From the human T2T-CHM13v2.0 reference genome, Homo sapiens, in assembly GCF_009914755.1 (NCBI RefSeq), contig NC_060947.1: a stretch of 64,000 nucleotides of DNA; one strand, given 5' to 3'. Made by a program: the position numbers and the translations under genes. Below, piece after piece: positions 1 to 13,295 of the stretch; position 1 is the first letter of the stretch, and each line of letters starts with the position of its first letter. Under the pieces are notes generated by a model, which ran no database searches, was not told where the DNA came from, and saw nothing but the letters and a program-made list of their open reading frames with translations.

Positions 1-759
1 AATCCTAAAAATGCAATGCTTTACGGGAGTGTTTGGCCACGTATCTAGCTACAATTCATAACTGAGCCCCTAGTAGCTTAAATTAAATTTGGCTTGCCTT
101 GTATTTCCTGAAATACTGCAACATTTTATATTAATATTTTAAAAGGATTTTGATGACATTAAATTTTGAAATTGGCAAATTACAGTTCTTTATCAAAACA
201 TGCAATTTAAATTTTCAAATATTTGTTACCTAAGTATCACTGTAGCTGAAAACACAACACAGTAATATAATATAAACCATGAGAATATATAAAAATGATG
301 AATACTTCATAAGCTTTGTACAACCATTACCTATCTGAAATAATGTTCAGTTCTATTTTCAACAATGTAGACTGTTAAAGTATTTGCATGAGAATGCAAA
401 ATGCATAAATTATCCCTGCAGGGAGCACTTAAAACTTAAGGTAATTATATAGCATAGAAGTGGTTTCAGATAACTCAAACAAAATAACAAATAATTCTAC
501 AGTCACCCTTTAAAATGATTACTATTCTGTGTTACCAGTGATCTTGATCATTTAAAAATCCCTCCTTACAATTACATTCACATGATCAATTCGTACTTTG
601 TTCTTTTACCATCAACCTCTTACAGCTGGCTCTGAAAATTTGCATGCTATAAAAACTGAACTAGTCAGCTAGTAGAGATGAATCCTACAGTTATATTCAT
701 GCTGTGAACAGAACCGTAACACTCCCTTAATATATCTTATCATTGCACTTTTATACTAA

Positions 760-905
760 GCGTGCATCCAAATCAAGTCCTATTTTTTACATTCCTCCTG
801 CTCAAAATCTTTTAATGGCTCTCTGCTGCCTACAGGATAAAATCTAAACTCCCTGGCCGGGCGTTCAAGGCCCTCCACAATCTGGCACCTGCTCTCCTAC
901 AACTC
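760..905 (+). mobile_element. L2 fragment
   Basis: Motif ctcctgctcaaaatc...aatggctc...tgcctacaggataaaatctaaactcc...caaggccctccacaatctgg, typical of the L2 3' region. Confidence 0.65.
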
Positions 906-2955
906 TAGCATAAGATTCCTCAACTCAAGCCAGATTGGAGAAATAAGTCCAGGATGAAAAGTAGGAGATATTTTTTTCTTATGAATGGAAAAATATCTCC
1001 TACAAACCAATTACTGTGCTTCAAGGGTAAGATAGTCTCTGTGGGTAGAGAGAGAATCATTAGGTCACAAGGAGTATGTAACTAATTCCTCCTAAATCTC
1101 TTTCTTATGTTCTGCAGTATTATTTTTTTTAAATCCTGAAAAATGACTTGCAGTTCTCGAACATCCCAGTTGTGTCATGTCATGCTTCCTCACACTGTGA
1201 TTTAGCAGGCAGTGCACTTGTGCAAGGCTGCCACTATGCACGCAATTCTTTGGGGCCAGTTGATAATAGGCACCTCTCCTTTTCACAGCGCACAGAGAAA
1301 AAGAATCAAACGTCAGCATGTCAGAAACCTCCAGGCTCAGCTTTGACAGGAATGCAAATGCACTTTACCATTGATTATTTCTGAAGACTTTTCACAGCAT
1401 CAAGGAAGAGGATAATGAAGTTGTATCTGAACAGAAGGAAGCTAAATTATTTATCTCATACTAATTTTTACCAGATGGCTGGTGAAGAAAAATCTATATT
1501 GGCAAATATGTTGTATATATTACCTTAAAGATAATCAAGGGGGCTAAAACTTTAAATGTCCACAATATATTTGCATTTAGTCTTAGCGCTCACATTGATT
1601 TCATGCACAGGTTCTTCTGAGTGCACGTGATTGGTATACAATAAATTGTTATCACCAAGTCATTATAAGTTGCATCATCTATTCATGAATCACATCAGCA
1701 ATTGGATTGCTTCTAATTTTTAAACTCTCAGATAAAATACATTTGGTATGTCATTACATGATGATGGCTACTATATCCCTCAACATCAGGAGGATACAAA
1801 CAACACTCCTTCCCCAAGAGAAAGAGAATATTGCCCTTCAGTGAGAACACAGTTCTCAGAATCAAACTCCCTCACTAAGCTTCAGGCAGAACTGGTTAAA
1901 TGCTGACTTCCAACTAAAATAAACACAGTCAGTTGATGGAAAGGTGATAACTGTAAGGGAGACAGGGTGTACCAGATATACATTCTTTTCCTCTCCTGCC
2001 CAAGTTATGTCTCTGGGGGTAGGGTTGCATGCACTCCACATCTGATTCTTCCCTCCTCGGCCCTGTCATGGATCCATTTGCTCTGCTTTGAAGCTCACTA
2101 CTGGGGAAAGGAGACATAGACTTGTTCTTTGACTGACTCTCAAATGTCAGTTGTTCAGAAAAGAAGACATTCAATTATGTGTGCTGGTTTATATCAACTA
2201 AAACATTTTCAGATGAGCCTAGCTATTCTATTCTGTTCTCTAGGTAAAGCAGGTATAAGTTCTGGTTCCAGAAAGAAAGTGGTTTGTGTAAAGAATCACA
2301 ATGCATGATTTCCCTAGACAGTCAGAACTCCTCTGAACAACATCTTCACATAATGTTTGTTGTTTAGCAGAATGTGTGGTATCACCTCTGGCTGACTTAT
2401 GAAGACCATTTTTTCTATATGCCATTTAATGAAGAGTTTACTCATTCAATTCAACAAAGAATTCTTAAGTGCCTATCACGTGCACTAGTTTTCCTAAACT
2501 AGATTCTGACAACCATGGTGCTTAGCACTTTTGGAATAGCATGTGCCTTCTCTAGACAGTTGTCCAAAGAGCACTTCCCAGGTCTCAGCCTGAACTCATG
2601 AAGTATCCTAAAGTGTATTCTTACAGCAAGAAGACAACAGACCAAAACTGAGTTCTATAGTCTACACTGGCCAAACAAGATATAACTCTACTTTGCATGA
2701 ATCTCTTCCTACTAGAATAACCTGCTTGAGCATTTATTCCATTCCAAAAGGATTCATTTGGTAAATTCATGTTATAGTTAAGTATTCTATTATCATTAGA
2801 AGCGGCAGCAGCTAATTGCTTACCAATCTCTAAAAAAAAATGTGATTATCCTAGAGCAAGGAACAGATTAAAATTTAAATAACTTTTGTTGAAACCTAAA
2901 ACCAGATCTTTCAGAATCACACTTCAGAATGACCCAAGTTGCCATCATGACAGTA

Positions 2956-3013
2956 CCTACAAGAACATACAAGTCGTACATGTTCCTACAAGAACATACA
3001 AGTCGTACATGTT
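2956..3013. repeat. Perfect 2 x 29-bp tandem duplication
   Basis: CCTACAAGAACATACAAGTCGTACATGTT at 2956-2984 and 2985-3013. Confidence 0.95.
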
Positions 3014-3099
3014 ATGACTAGCCAAATATGAGTCAATTAATCATAGTGAACTATAAACAATACACTACATTCTATGCCAATATAAGATATTAAGATTCA

Positions 3100-3376
3100 A
3101 TTTTTTCTTTCTCTTTTTAGTTTACACATAATAACTGTACATATTAATGGGATAAGAGTGATGTTTCGATACATGTATACAAGGTGTAATGATCATATCA
3201 GGATAATTAGCATATCCATCACCTTAAACATTCATCATTTCTTTGTGTTGTGACCATTCAAAAATCCTCTCTTCTAGCTTTTTGAAACTATATAATAAAT
3301 TATAGTTAACCATATTCACCCTTTACTGCTGCACAACACCAGAATTCATTCCTCTTATCTAGCTGTAATTTTGTAT
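3100..3376 (-). mobile_element. L1MA-type 3' end fragment
   Basis: tgtacatattaatggg...gtgatgtttcgatacatgtatacaaggtgtaatgatca...atatccatcacc matches an antisense L1MA 3' UTR. Confidence 0.8.
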
Positions 3377-4434
3377 AAGGCGGCTCCATTTTTAAATCAC
3401 CTTTCTGCACAGGAAGATTGCTTCAATCATCAGAAACAACATGCTACAAAACACACTTTGGTGTCACTGAAGTTATACTCTATGCAATTCAGATCTACTG
3501 AAGGAATGTTTACAGAAGCTGGATATTTGCTGAAAACCATAGGGAGGAGGAAGGAACAGGGGAACCATAAGCCAAGTGACCAGAGTAAAAGATAGTATGA
3601 AGACTCTGAGTAAACACTAACAGAGTTTCAAATCTCATAGCTTTGGGGTAAGCTCTGCAGACTATACTTAGTTGCCAGGGACTTCACTAATTTTCTAGCA
3701 TTTGAAGGAAATAGGAGTAGACAAATTTAGCAGGTATGAAGCCATTAGAATAGGGATGTTTAACTCTGTGCAAGCACATCAAATTATGTGTACAACTCCA
3801 ACAAAAAAGCAAAGAGATGGGTGTGTAAACAGCAGTGACAGGAAGACAGACATACACATAAGCAGTGAAAATAATTTCAGACTACACATTTGTTTTCTTA
3901 GCAATATTAACTCTCCATTCTTTTAAGTATTCTCAATATTTAGCCACAGTTGCTCACTGTATTCTGAATATATAATAATAGATTCGATTTTTCCTGAGCC
4001 TGAGTCACAGCCTGGTAGTAAATTAGGTGCTTAGGAAGATACTTTATTTCCTTGAGGCCACTGAGCCATCATTTAGGGTGTAATATGCTTGCCTTGGTTT
4101 ATGAAGATGCTCCTGACTCACTTCAGTGGGAGTTGTTTTTGCTGCACTGCTGATAGCTGAGTTAAATGAGTGTACTCATTATTTTCTTTGTGCAGTGTAG
4201 ATGGGATGGGCTGAGCTAATTATACTTTCTTGCCAATTCCATTCTGACCTACAGAGCAAATGTCCACAATGTTTTGTTAAAATCTGAGGTTCATTCTTTG
4301 TCTGTGGAACAAAGCAAAGCCAGTGAGGCCACATGGGGTGGAGGGAAAATTGTGGACTCCTTGATAGCATTCCCTAATTCACTCTGTTAGTTGGCCACTA
4401 TACATGTAAACTATACATGTAGTATAACATTAAT

Positions 4435-5012
4435 TTACAATATAAAGCAGATCATGTCATTCTTCTACTCTACACCTCCCAATAGCTTTTCATTTCACTC
4501 AGAGTCAAAGACAAAGTCCCTGACTTGGCCTATGAGATCATCTGTGATCTGACCACTACTACGTCTTTGATCTTATGTATCATTTGTCCTCTTTTTTCAT
4601 TTTATATGTCACACTGGCTTCCAAGCTTGTCCCTTTAATATGCTAAGCATATCCCCACCTCTGACTCTTTGAACTGGCTTACACCTCTGCCTTGAATAAT
4701 TTTCCTCCAGATATCCGCCTGAACCTTCCCCTCTCATCCTTCAAATACCACCTCAACAGAGAGGCTTCCCCTGACCATCCTATATGAAAGAGAAACCCTT
4801 ATCTCTCCGCACTCTCTACCCCTCTAACCCTTCTTGTTTATTCTCCAAAGAAAACTATATCTTTATTTGTTTAAAGTCTGTCTACCCTCTCTATAATATG
4901 AGCTCCCTGTGGGCAAGGATTATGTTTTGCTCATTGCTGTACTCCAGTGTTTGGAACAGTACATGGTACTCTATTCCTGACATAAAAATTTACTAAATTA
5001 AGGGATAGATGA
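4435..5012 (+). mobile_element. L2 3' fragment
   Basis: gatcatgtcattc...agaggcttccctgacca...atgagctccctgtgggcaaggat L2 motifs. Confidence 0.75.
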
Positions 5013-6569
5013 ATCCTGGTAGCCTGGTACAGTGAAGGGACAAATTATTCCAAATTTTTAAGGTCTTTGCATAATTATTAAACAATTAGACCTGTCATAA
5101 AATATTTAGGACCCTACTGAGGTACAGTTCTCAGGACTTTAATTTTCACTGCTGTTACGAACTGCATTAAAATTATAAATCAGCATCTCTACCCAAAGAA
5201 ACGAAATAAACCTTTATGAATACTCTTTTGAGCTAAACATGAAAGGCTATTCACAAAAAAGGTAGGGCAAGATGAAAGGAAACAGCTAAAGAGAATACCT
5301 TTGAAAAGTGTGCCAACAGGTAATTAATCATTAAAAGCAGCAAATCCTGATGGCTAGTAAATTTCAAGGACTTATCCTAGTAATATGTGAAAGTGAAATC
5401 TTCTCAACATATCAGAAATGCCAACTCCTTGTATTGAACCAAACAACAAATGAAGAATACATCTTTCCAAAGAAAATTCTGTAATTTTGATGATTTAATT
5501 AAAATACACTGCAGATTACAGATTGAACAGTAAAACATCGAAAGCAGGTTAGCCAGGGACCTAGTATTTATCTCTGATGTTTCATGGGGGCTTAACACCT
5601 GATATCACTCATGCTTAAATTGCTCTTTGTAGAATATGGGCATCTCAGGCTGAGCACATACCGTACAGATGGGTTCATGGTTCATTCTTTTTGCCATGGA
5701 CCACAATTTCTCTTCAATTTACCAAAACAAAGATAATAATCTTTTTAGAAAGAGAAATATTAACCAAATACATGCCACAACTTGCTAATTAAGTACAATG
5801 GGATACAAAAATCTATCACTTCAGTGCCACGCTTCCAATGTTGTTTAGAGAAGGAAATGATTTCAAAGGAAGCATAGTGAAGGAGAAAGAAAAAAAGAAT
5901 GATTAAGTTAATTATTAGTAATTAATTATTAAAATTAAAAAGTTAAATTTTTAATTAAAAATTGAATTAAAAGTGATTAAATTATAAATTACACTTTACA
6001 CAAGTGTTTTATCAACAGCAATAAACACAAAATGTATCTTTATTCTACTCACTGGCAAGTAGGTACATCAGGACTCCATCATAGTGTGCCTTGCTAATAA
6101 GTGAACTCAGAAGTAACGTATCTAATCAAATACCTGGGATGGCTTAGCCAGGAGCAAAGGTTCAGGGCCCTGACCTAAGAGCAGTGCAGAGGGTTAGCTG
6201 AATTCCCTGCAAGATAGTCTCTTCTGTATATAAACTAACAGACTAGATACTGGACTCAAAATAAAAGTAAGGCAACAAGCACAATAGGCCCTTTAGTCGC
6301 TCCTTTCATGGAAACTGGTTTTTAAGACATGCCCACTGCAATCAACTGTCTTGGCTTGCTGATTTTGGCACACTGGGAAAAGGAAAAATGTATAAGGGGT
6401 GATTACATGCCTTTAAAAAAATCTGAACTAATGGCAAATAGCGTCCCAGATTGGTGTGCTGTACACTCTTGTTCTTCACTTTACATTCTGTATTAAGGAA
6501 GCTTTGAATTTGCATACTGGTTGAGTTTTTAAGTCAGTAAGTTGCAGAACAATAATTAGAACCCAGTCG

Positions 6570-6730
6570 GGTCTAACTTAGTAACTTTGGGCAAGTAATG
6601 TTACCTCCATGCCTCAGTTTCCTCATCTTTAAAATGGGGAAAATATAGTACATTCTCCATAAAGTTGTTAGGAGGATAAAATAAGTTAAGATTTGTAAAG
6701 GGTCACCCAGCCTATAATAAGGAATACAAT
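6570..6730 (+). mobile_element. MIR
   Basis: Core ttgggcaagt...gcctcagtttcctcatctttaaaatgggg. Confidence 0.8.
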
Positions 6731-6939
6731 TTCCTAAAGAAGAAGTTTATAAATTGAGGAATGAATGGCAGTATTTTAGAATGTTTGCATTCATATAAAA
6801 CAATTACTTCGTGCCTGAATAAAATAGCATAGTAATGGCTGCCCCTATGTATAAACCAAAACAGGACTAACAATCAATTACTGTCTATAGTCAGCATCAA
6901 ATCTGCTTCAAGGTGAGTGATTTAGGCTTTTGGTTTTCA

Positions 6940-7353
<414 letters not shown>

Positions 7354-8446
7354 TCATCAGTCATCCTTAGAGCATAGGTTAGAATCCTCCAACTTGAAGA
7401 ATTTAAACCCTATTTCTAAATATCTGGCTAAGAAATCCCCAGGAGATTTCTCTGCAAGTGCTTTTCCACTCCTCTGCTCTTCCATAGCTTTTGAGGAGTG
7501 AGGCTGCTCCTCCCATTGCCAGGAAATGAATTCCAAGAGCTTAAATTTTGATAGTGACCACCTAAAAATGCATTTCATTCTAGTGTACCTTCTTCTTGTC
7601 TACATAGTAGTTCCTAGGTTTTTCTTGTTGTTTTGTTAATACCCTTATCTAAAATATTGTCAAACTGTTGCTCTGCAACAGTAATCTGTGCCTGGTAGTC
7701 TTCATTTGGGAGTGGCCGTATCATAGAAAGAAGGAAACCCTGAGTATCCACTGGCTTTTAATTCAATGTCTGTTCAATATCTGTTTCTCCCATTTAACGA
7801 TAAGCTCAGATAAGGCAGAGGAAGTTTTTGGCAAGTATCAGACAATCTGTGGATTATTGTTGAGTGAATAAATGTTTGGATGGATGAAGGGATAGAAATA
7901 TATAATGTAGGAAGCTATCTTGACGATGGTAGAAGGAGTAAATATAAAAAGGTCAAAAATACATTTATTCAGAATCTTGCTAATTGGTTAAAGAAAAACA
8001 AGAGAAGTTTAGATTGTGTATATAATTTGGTGAGACTATTGATAACAGGTAGACAAAGTAAAAAGTGAGAGAGGGTTAAGATGTGCTAAGGAGGGGCTAC
8101 CAGGGTTGATGAATGTGGGTGACAGTTACTTGAGAGGTGAAATGCCTTTTCGAAGCTGCTACTCTAAGCAGATTTTAGCCAATCAGTAATGATACTGAAT
8201 AATGATGGTAAAATAATATTATGCAATAAAATAATTTTAATTAATATTAAAGTGTTATTATTATGTTACATCCATCCTGAGATTAGTATTTGGAGCATAA
8301 TTGCTAATATTAACGCTTTGCATCTATTCATAGAAAATATGTTGATTATGCTTACCCTATGGTTTCAGAGGGTAACTGGAGAATACATAGCTTCTTTGGG
8401 GACTTCTCTGTAGGAATAATTCAGAACCTGTGATACTAGGATACTT

Positions 8447-8760
8447 TTCATTCATTCATTAATTCAATAAACACTTACTGAACACCTACTACATGCATGA
8501 AAAGTGTAGACACTATGCTAAAGCCCTAGGGATACTACAGTGAACAAGTCACAGCTATTTCCTGCTTTTTCAGAATTTACAGTCTGGTTAGAGAAACAGG
8601 AAGGATAAATGTTGCAAGTATTGTTTGGCAAGATGAGTACCAAAGTAGGAGTAATCATAGTGCACTATAGGAACTTTGAGAACACATGGTGCTTTAATCA
8701 GAGAAGGAGCTGCTGTTTAGTAAGAGCATCCTAGACTGAGGTATAACAGTCATTTTAGCC
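8447..8760 (-). mobile_element. L2 3' end fragment
   Basis: ttcattcattcatt...aacacttactgaacacctact...ctagggatactacagtgaacaag is an antisense L2 terminus. Confidence 0.7.
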
Positions 8761-10202
8761 TAAGGGCCACTAGAGAGGCTCAGTCATAATAATGGATATT
8801 TAATAATAGAAATAGCTGACATTTATTCAACACGTATAGCATGTCAGTAATGTGTACAGGACTTTACATATATTATCATAGGGAATACAATGGCATAGCG
8901 TATGTAAATCCCGTAGGTGTTAGGGGGGAATAGCAGAGTTGCCTTGGGAAATTTTCTAAGGCTTTCTCTAGGCTGCAGTGGCTCCTCAAAGCTGATAGCA
9001 ACAGCAAATAAGAACAATCCTGTCACAGTATCTCTTGGTTGGCAAGGAGTTCAACTGAGCTTATTGGAGGAGGAGACCATAGCACCTTGAGGGGTTCATG
9101 ATAACCGGTGAATGATAAGACTTGGTATAATATTTCACATTGCCAAACACTAGAAGCATATGGGTTTAACACTAACAAATCTTCTGGCAGACGCCAGTAG
9201 GTTATTAGCTTAATGCTGGTGGGTTAAAGTGTCAGAAAAGTAGGGGGCACAACCTCCTTTTCAATCTTATAGGTAGGTACTACTAAAGTGTGAAACAAAT
9301 GGCAGGCAGACTCCTCCTCAAAAAACAGACACAATGTCCAAAAAACAAAGAAGGCTGAAAGATACTAATTTGAGAACATTGTGAGGCATCTTAACCAGGG
9401 AAATGCTACACATAGAAAGGAACAAAATACCAGCTATGGACATCATTAAGGCCTAACTTTTCAATCAGACTGATAGTACTGAATGAAATAATCTGTTATA
9501 TTTAATAACCCTTGCTAAAGCTTTTCAGAAATCATGATGGCGTTTCATAGATCACCCCTGTGCACTCTGAGCTCAATTATCAATTATTGGTAAAATGACT
9601 CCTACATATTATTCTCCTTGACCTTGTTCTTTAGGAATTATTGGAAATCAATTTTAGAAAAAAAAAGCCAATTAATTGGCATATATTTATTGATTGCCTA
9701 TGGGCAGGGTAATGTACTAGGTTCTTGGAAATGAATGAAAATATTTAGTTGAATCTTTAATTTTGATCCTCCGGGGTCCCATTTGTCATGAACAAACACA
9801 ACCCACTAACTTAAGAATTAGGTGTTTATATGACTCCATCTATTATTAAAATAACATTAATCACCATGTTATTCACTTATCTTATTAGAACTGCAAACAG
9901 AATTACCTTTAGCAATTACTGACTTCCTATAGACACAAGCATTTAAATATGGGCATTTGCCGTTAGCCCTAAAGAGCCAATATTAGGAGCTTTTGCCTCA
10001 AGCCACATGGGTATGCATAAACTATTTGAAACTATTTTGAAATTTTGACACAATATTATACAATCATATTGCATGTGATGACGGAACTACATTGCCTACT
10101 TTTATTATCTCAATTTTCCACTTAATGGCTTTGACTATATACTTAAGGAAACCAAATCTTTTACTGACTACTGGGCTCTATGAAGGATTATTCTGGTAAT
10201 CC

Positions 10203-10236
10203 ACACTTGATCTTAGCCAAAAGGCCGAGAAGCAAT
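10203..10236 (-). pseudogene. 3'-truncated U2 snRNA retrocopy (U2 nt 1-34)
   Basis: Minus strand ATTGCTTCTCGGCCTTTTGGCTAAGATCAAGTGT against U2 ATCGCTTCTCGGCCTTTTGGCTAAGATCAAGTGT (one CpG-type change). Flanked by direct repeat TATTCTGGTAATCC (10189-10202, 10237-10250). Confidence 0.93.
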
Positions 10237-11686
10237 TATTCTGGTAATCCAAAACCAAAATTCAGATTCTGCCTGCTAGAAATAAAAACAACCAATTCCC
10301 AGTATGATTACTACACTGATGTCAGAAATCACAATCTGAAATATGTCATTGATGTAGATCTTTGATAATTATGTTTCTTCCTCCATTACTGCATAGGACA
10401 GCAGAGAATTCTAATAAAGGTCTTACCTTATAGAGTCGCTTCTGATTTTTAAAGTGACTATGTTCAAGTTACTAAATCAAATATTTATTATGCTTAACTG
10501 GTTGTTTTCTTTTATTGAGGATCAGTCGTGAAAGTGGAAACTATGAAATAAGCTTCCATTGTAATGGCAGAACCTTACTGAAACAAAGCCAACAAGTGAA
10601 GTTGAGCAGTTAGCTTTCACCAGGACTACAATATTTGTGTTCAGGAGGGAAGGATGTTTTTCTACAATACAAAGAAAATAACTTTTCTGCACTCAAGTAA
10701 TTTTCCCAAGTAATTTTCAGAATGAGCAAAAAATGTGAGACTGTCAAAACAGACAAGTTTCCTTTAAATAAAGGTGTAAGCAAATACAACCAGCAATTAC
10801 TAACAGAAATTGCCTTCACTACAACAGCTATCAGCTAGACTGCCTAGCACATGAAAGAAACTAATCCTTAAAACCTCTTTTCTTTTGTATGAATACTTAA
10901 ATGAAAGCAACTAGTTAAGCCAATGATTCTAATTGGACTTTTTAAAGTAAACATTTTTATTTATTTAGGCTAGGTATATAAGTCAAAAGTTACAATTATG
11001 ACAAATTTAAATTCAATCTATGAATGCAAAAGAATAATCATTCTTATATAATAGTACGGAAAATAACTTTTCAGTTTGTCTGAAAGACATTTGAACATTC
11101 GAGTGTCGGGAGTAGCTTAAGGTCAAGACCAGTTACATTCTTTTACATCCAGGAATTCTAATGGAGAGGAATCTCTGGATCGGTCACTGGTTTAAAGATG
11201 ACCCTTACTAAAGTCTGGCAAATGCTCTGAGCCTTGAGCTTCAAAATTTATACAACAGAAAGAATGATACTGACCTTTCTCATTTACAAGTTAAGGGATG
11301 ATAAATATTATTTCTACTAGGCTACATAATCATAGCTTGATTTTATTCTCAAACTTGTCTTTAAAGAAGAATTTTTTAAAGTGTAAGTCCTCATCTCTTG
11401 CCTATTCTGACAAATACCTCAAATTGAAAAACATTCGCCTCTATCACCTGTATAAGTCAAAATATGGAATCTTATCTCAAGCTGATGGTGGAAATACTGG
11501 CTTGCTTTTTCTATCAATCTTACATAATCTTGAAAGTTGATCTTCTTATCTCTCTAATCCTTCTGAAATGTGAAGGACACGAGTAATGACTTGAAAAAAT
11601 GAATGACAGATCTGAACCATCACATTAATACCTTCTGAAGCAATGAGCTAAAAATGTTCTAGAAAGATATTTTTTAATTAAGTAAG

Positions 11687-11810
11687 GCTAGGTGCAGTGG
11701 TGCATGCCTATAGTCCCAGCTACTCAAGAGGCTGAAGCAGGGCGATCAGTTGAGCCCAGGAGCTGGAGTCCAGTCTGGACAACATAGCAACAACCTGCCT
11801 CTAAAATAAT
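11687..11810 (+). mobile_element. Free left Alu monomer (FLAM)
   Basis: Single-arm Alu-like sequence ggctaggtgcagtggtgcatgcctatagtcccagctactc...gacaacatagcaa. Confidence 0.85.
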
Positions 11811-11831
11811 TAAGTATAAAAATGAACATTA

Positions 11832-12583
11832 GGTGCAAATCAAAACCACAATGAGATACCATCTCACGCCAGTTAGAATGGCGATCATTAAAAATTCAGG
11901 AAACAACAGGTGCTGGAGAGGATGTGGAGAAATAGGAATGCTTTCACACTGTTGGTGGGTGTGTAAATTAGTTCAACCATTGTGGAAGACAGTGTGGCCA
12001 TTCCTCGAGGATCTAGAACCAGAAATACCATTTGACCCACCAATCCCATTACTGGGTATATAACCAAAGGATTATAAATCATTCTACTATAAAGACACAT
12101 GCACATGTATGTTTACTGTGGCACTATTCACAATAGCAAAGACTTGGAACCAACCCAAATGCCCATCAATGATAGACTGGATGAAGAAAATGTGGCACAT
12201 ACACACCATGGAATACTATGCAGCCATAAAAAAGAATGCGTTCATGTCCTTTGCAGGGACACAGATGAAGCTGAAAACCATCATTCGCAGCAAACTAACA
12301 CAGGAACAGAAAACCAAACACCACAAGTTTTCATTCATAAGTGGGAGTTGAACAATGAGAACACATGGACACAGGCAGGGGAACATCACACACTGGGGCC
12401 TGTTGGCAGGTGGGGGGCAAGGGGAGGGAGAGCTTTAGGACAAATAGCTAATGCATGTGGGGCTTAAAACCTAGATGATGAGTTGATGGGTGCAACAAAC
12501 CACCATGGCACATGTATAACTATGTAACAAGCCTGCACATTCTGCACATGTATCCCAGAACTTAAAGTATAATATTTTTTTTA
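11832..12583 (+). mobile_element. 5'-truncated L1PA (ORF2 C-terminus + 3' UTR)
   Basis: ORF2p fragments [28 protein letters not shown] and TWNQPKCPS. TSD AAAAATGAACATTA at 11818-11831 and 12584-12597. Confidence 0.95.
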
Positions 12584-12944
12584 AAAAATGAACATTATAA
12601 ACATAACCATTCTTCATGGTCTTATAAGCTATGTACTTAGTTGCTAATTTAACGCATGCTTGAAGTGTTCATTTCTAAATAAAGGTTTCACATAGGTTAT
12701 TAATTCAACATTGGTGAGATGAAATAAAATGTAACTGTATTTCCAATTTAATCTGTAAAAGGAACTTACTCCTTGAGAAGTGAAATGTTGTAGCCTTTCC
12801 TGACAGCCCTGTGGGTGGCAAACAAGTCACAGTCTTTTTTTCCTTTTACCCAGCTGTATATTGTGTTAAAATAATTTACACTTTGTCTAGCAAGGCAAAC
12901 CAATGATTTGGAGTGCCCTTCTTAGAAATTCTCATGACACACAT

Positions 12945-13295
12945 TTAATTTTTTAAATTTGAATTTAAAAATTTGTTTGTGGGTACATAGCAGGTGTATA
13001 TATTTATGGAGTACATGAGATATTTTGATACAGGTATACTGTGTGTAATAATCACATCAGAGTAAATGGGGTATCCATCACCTCAAGCACTTACCCTTTC
13101 TTTGTGTTACAATCCAGTTATACTCTTTTAGTTATTTTAAAATGTACAATAAATTATTGGTGACAGTAGTCACCCTGTGAATATGAAACACTAGATCTTA
13201 TCCTATCTAACTATATTTTTGTACCCATTAACCATCCCCACTCCCTGCCTCACCCTTTCCAACCTCTAGTAACCATCGTTGTACCCTCTATTTTC
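12945..13295 (-). mobile_element. L1MA-type 3' end fragment
   Basis: gtgggtacatagcaggtgtatatatttatggagtacatgagatattttgatacagg is an antisense L1MA 3' UTR. Confidence 0.85.

Noticed and set aside
2956-3013. CRISPR-like repeat
   Set aside because: Two adjacent copies with no spacer, in a mammalian intron.
4397-4421. 12-bp near-tandem duplication ACTATACATGTA
   Set aside because: Short slippage-type duplication, common in AT-rich DNA.
5900-5995. Dense TAAT/ATTA cluster as a homeodomain array
   Set aside because: Indistinguishable from AT-rich low-complexity sequence.
10415-10445. AG|GTAAG motif on minus as a recursive splice site (also near 52530 and 53895)
   Set aside because: No convincing polypyrimidine tract upstream of the AG.
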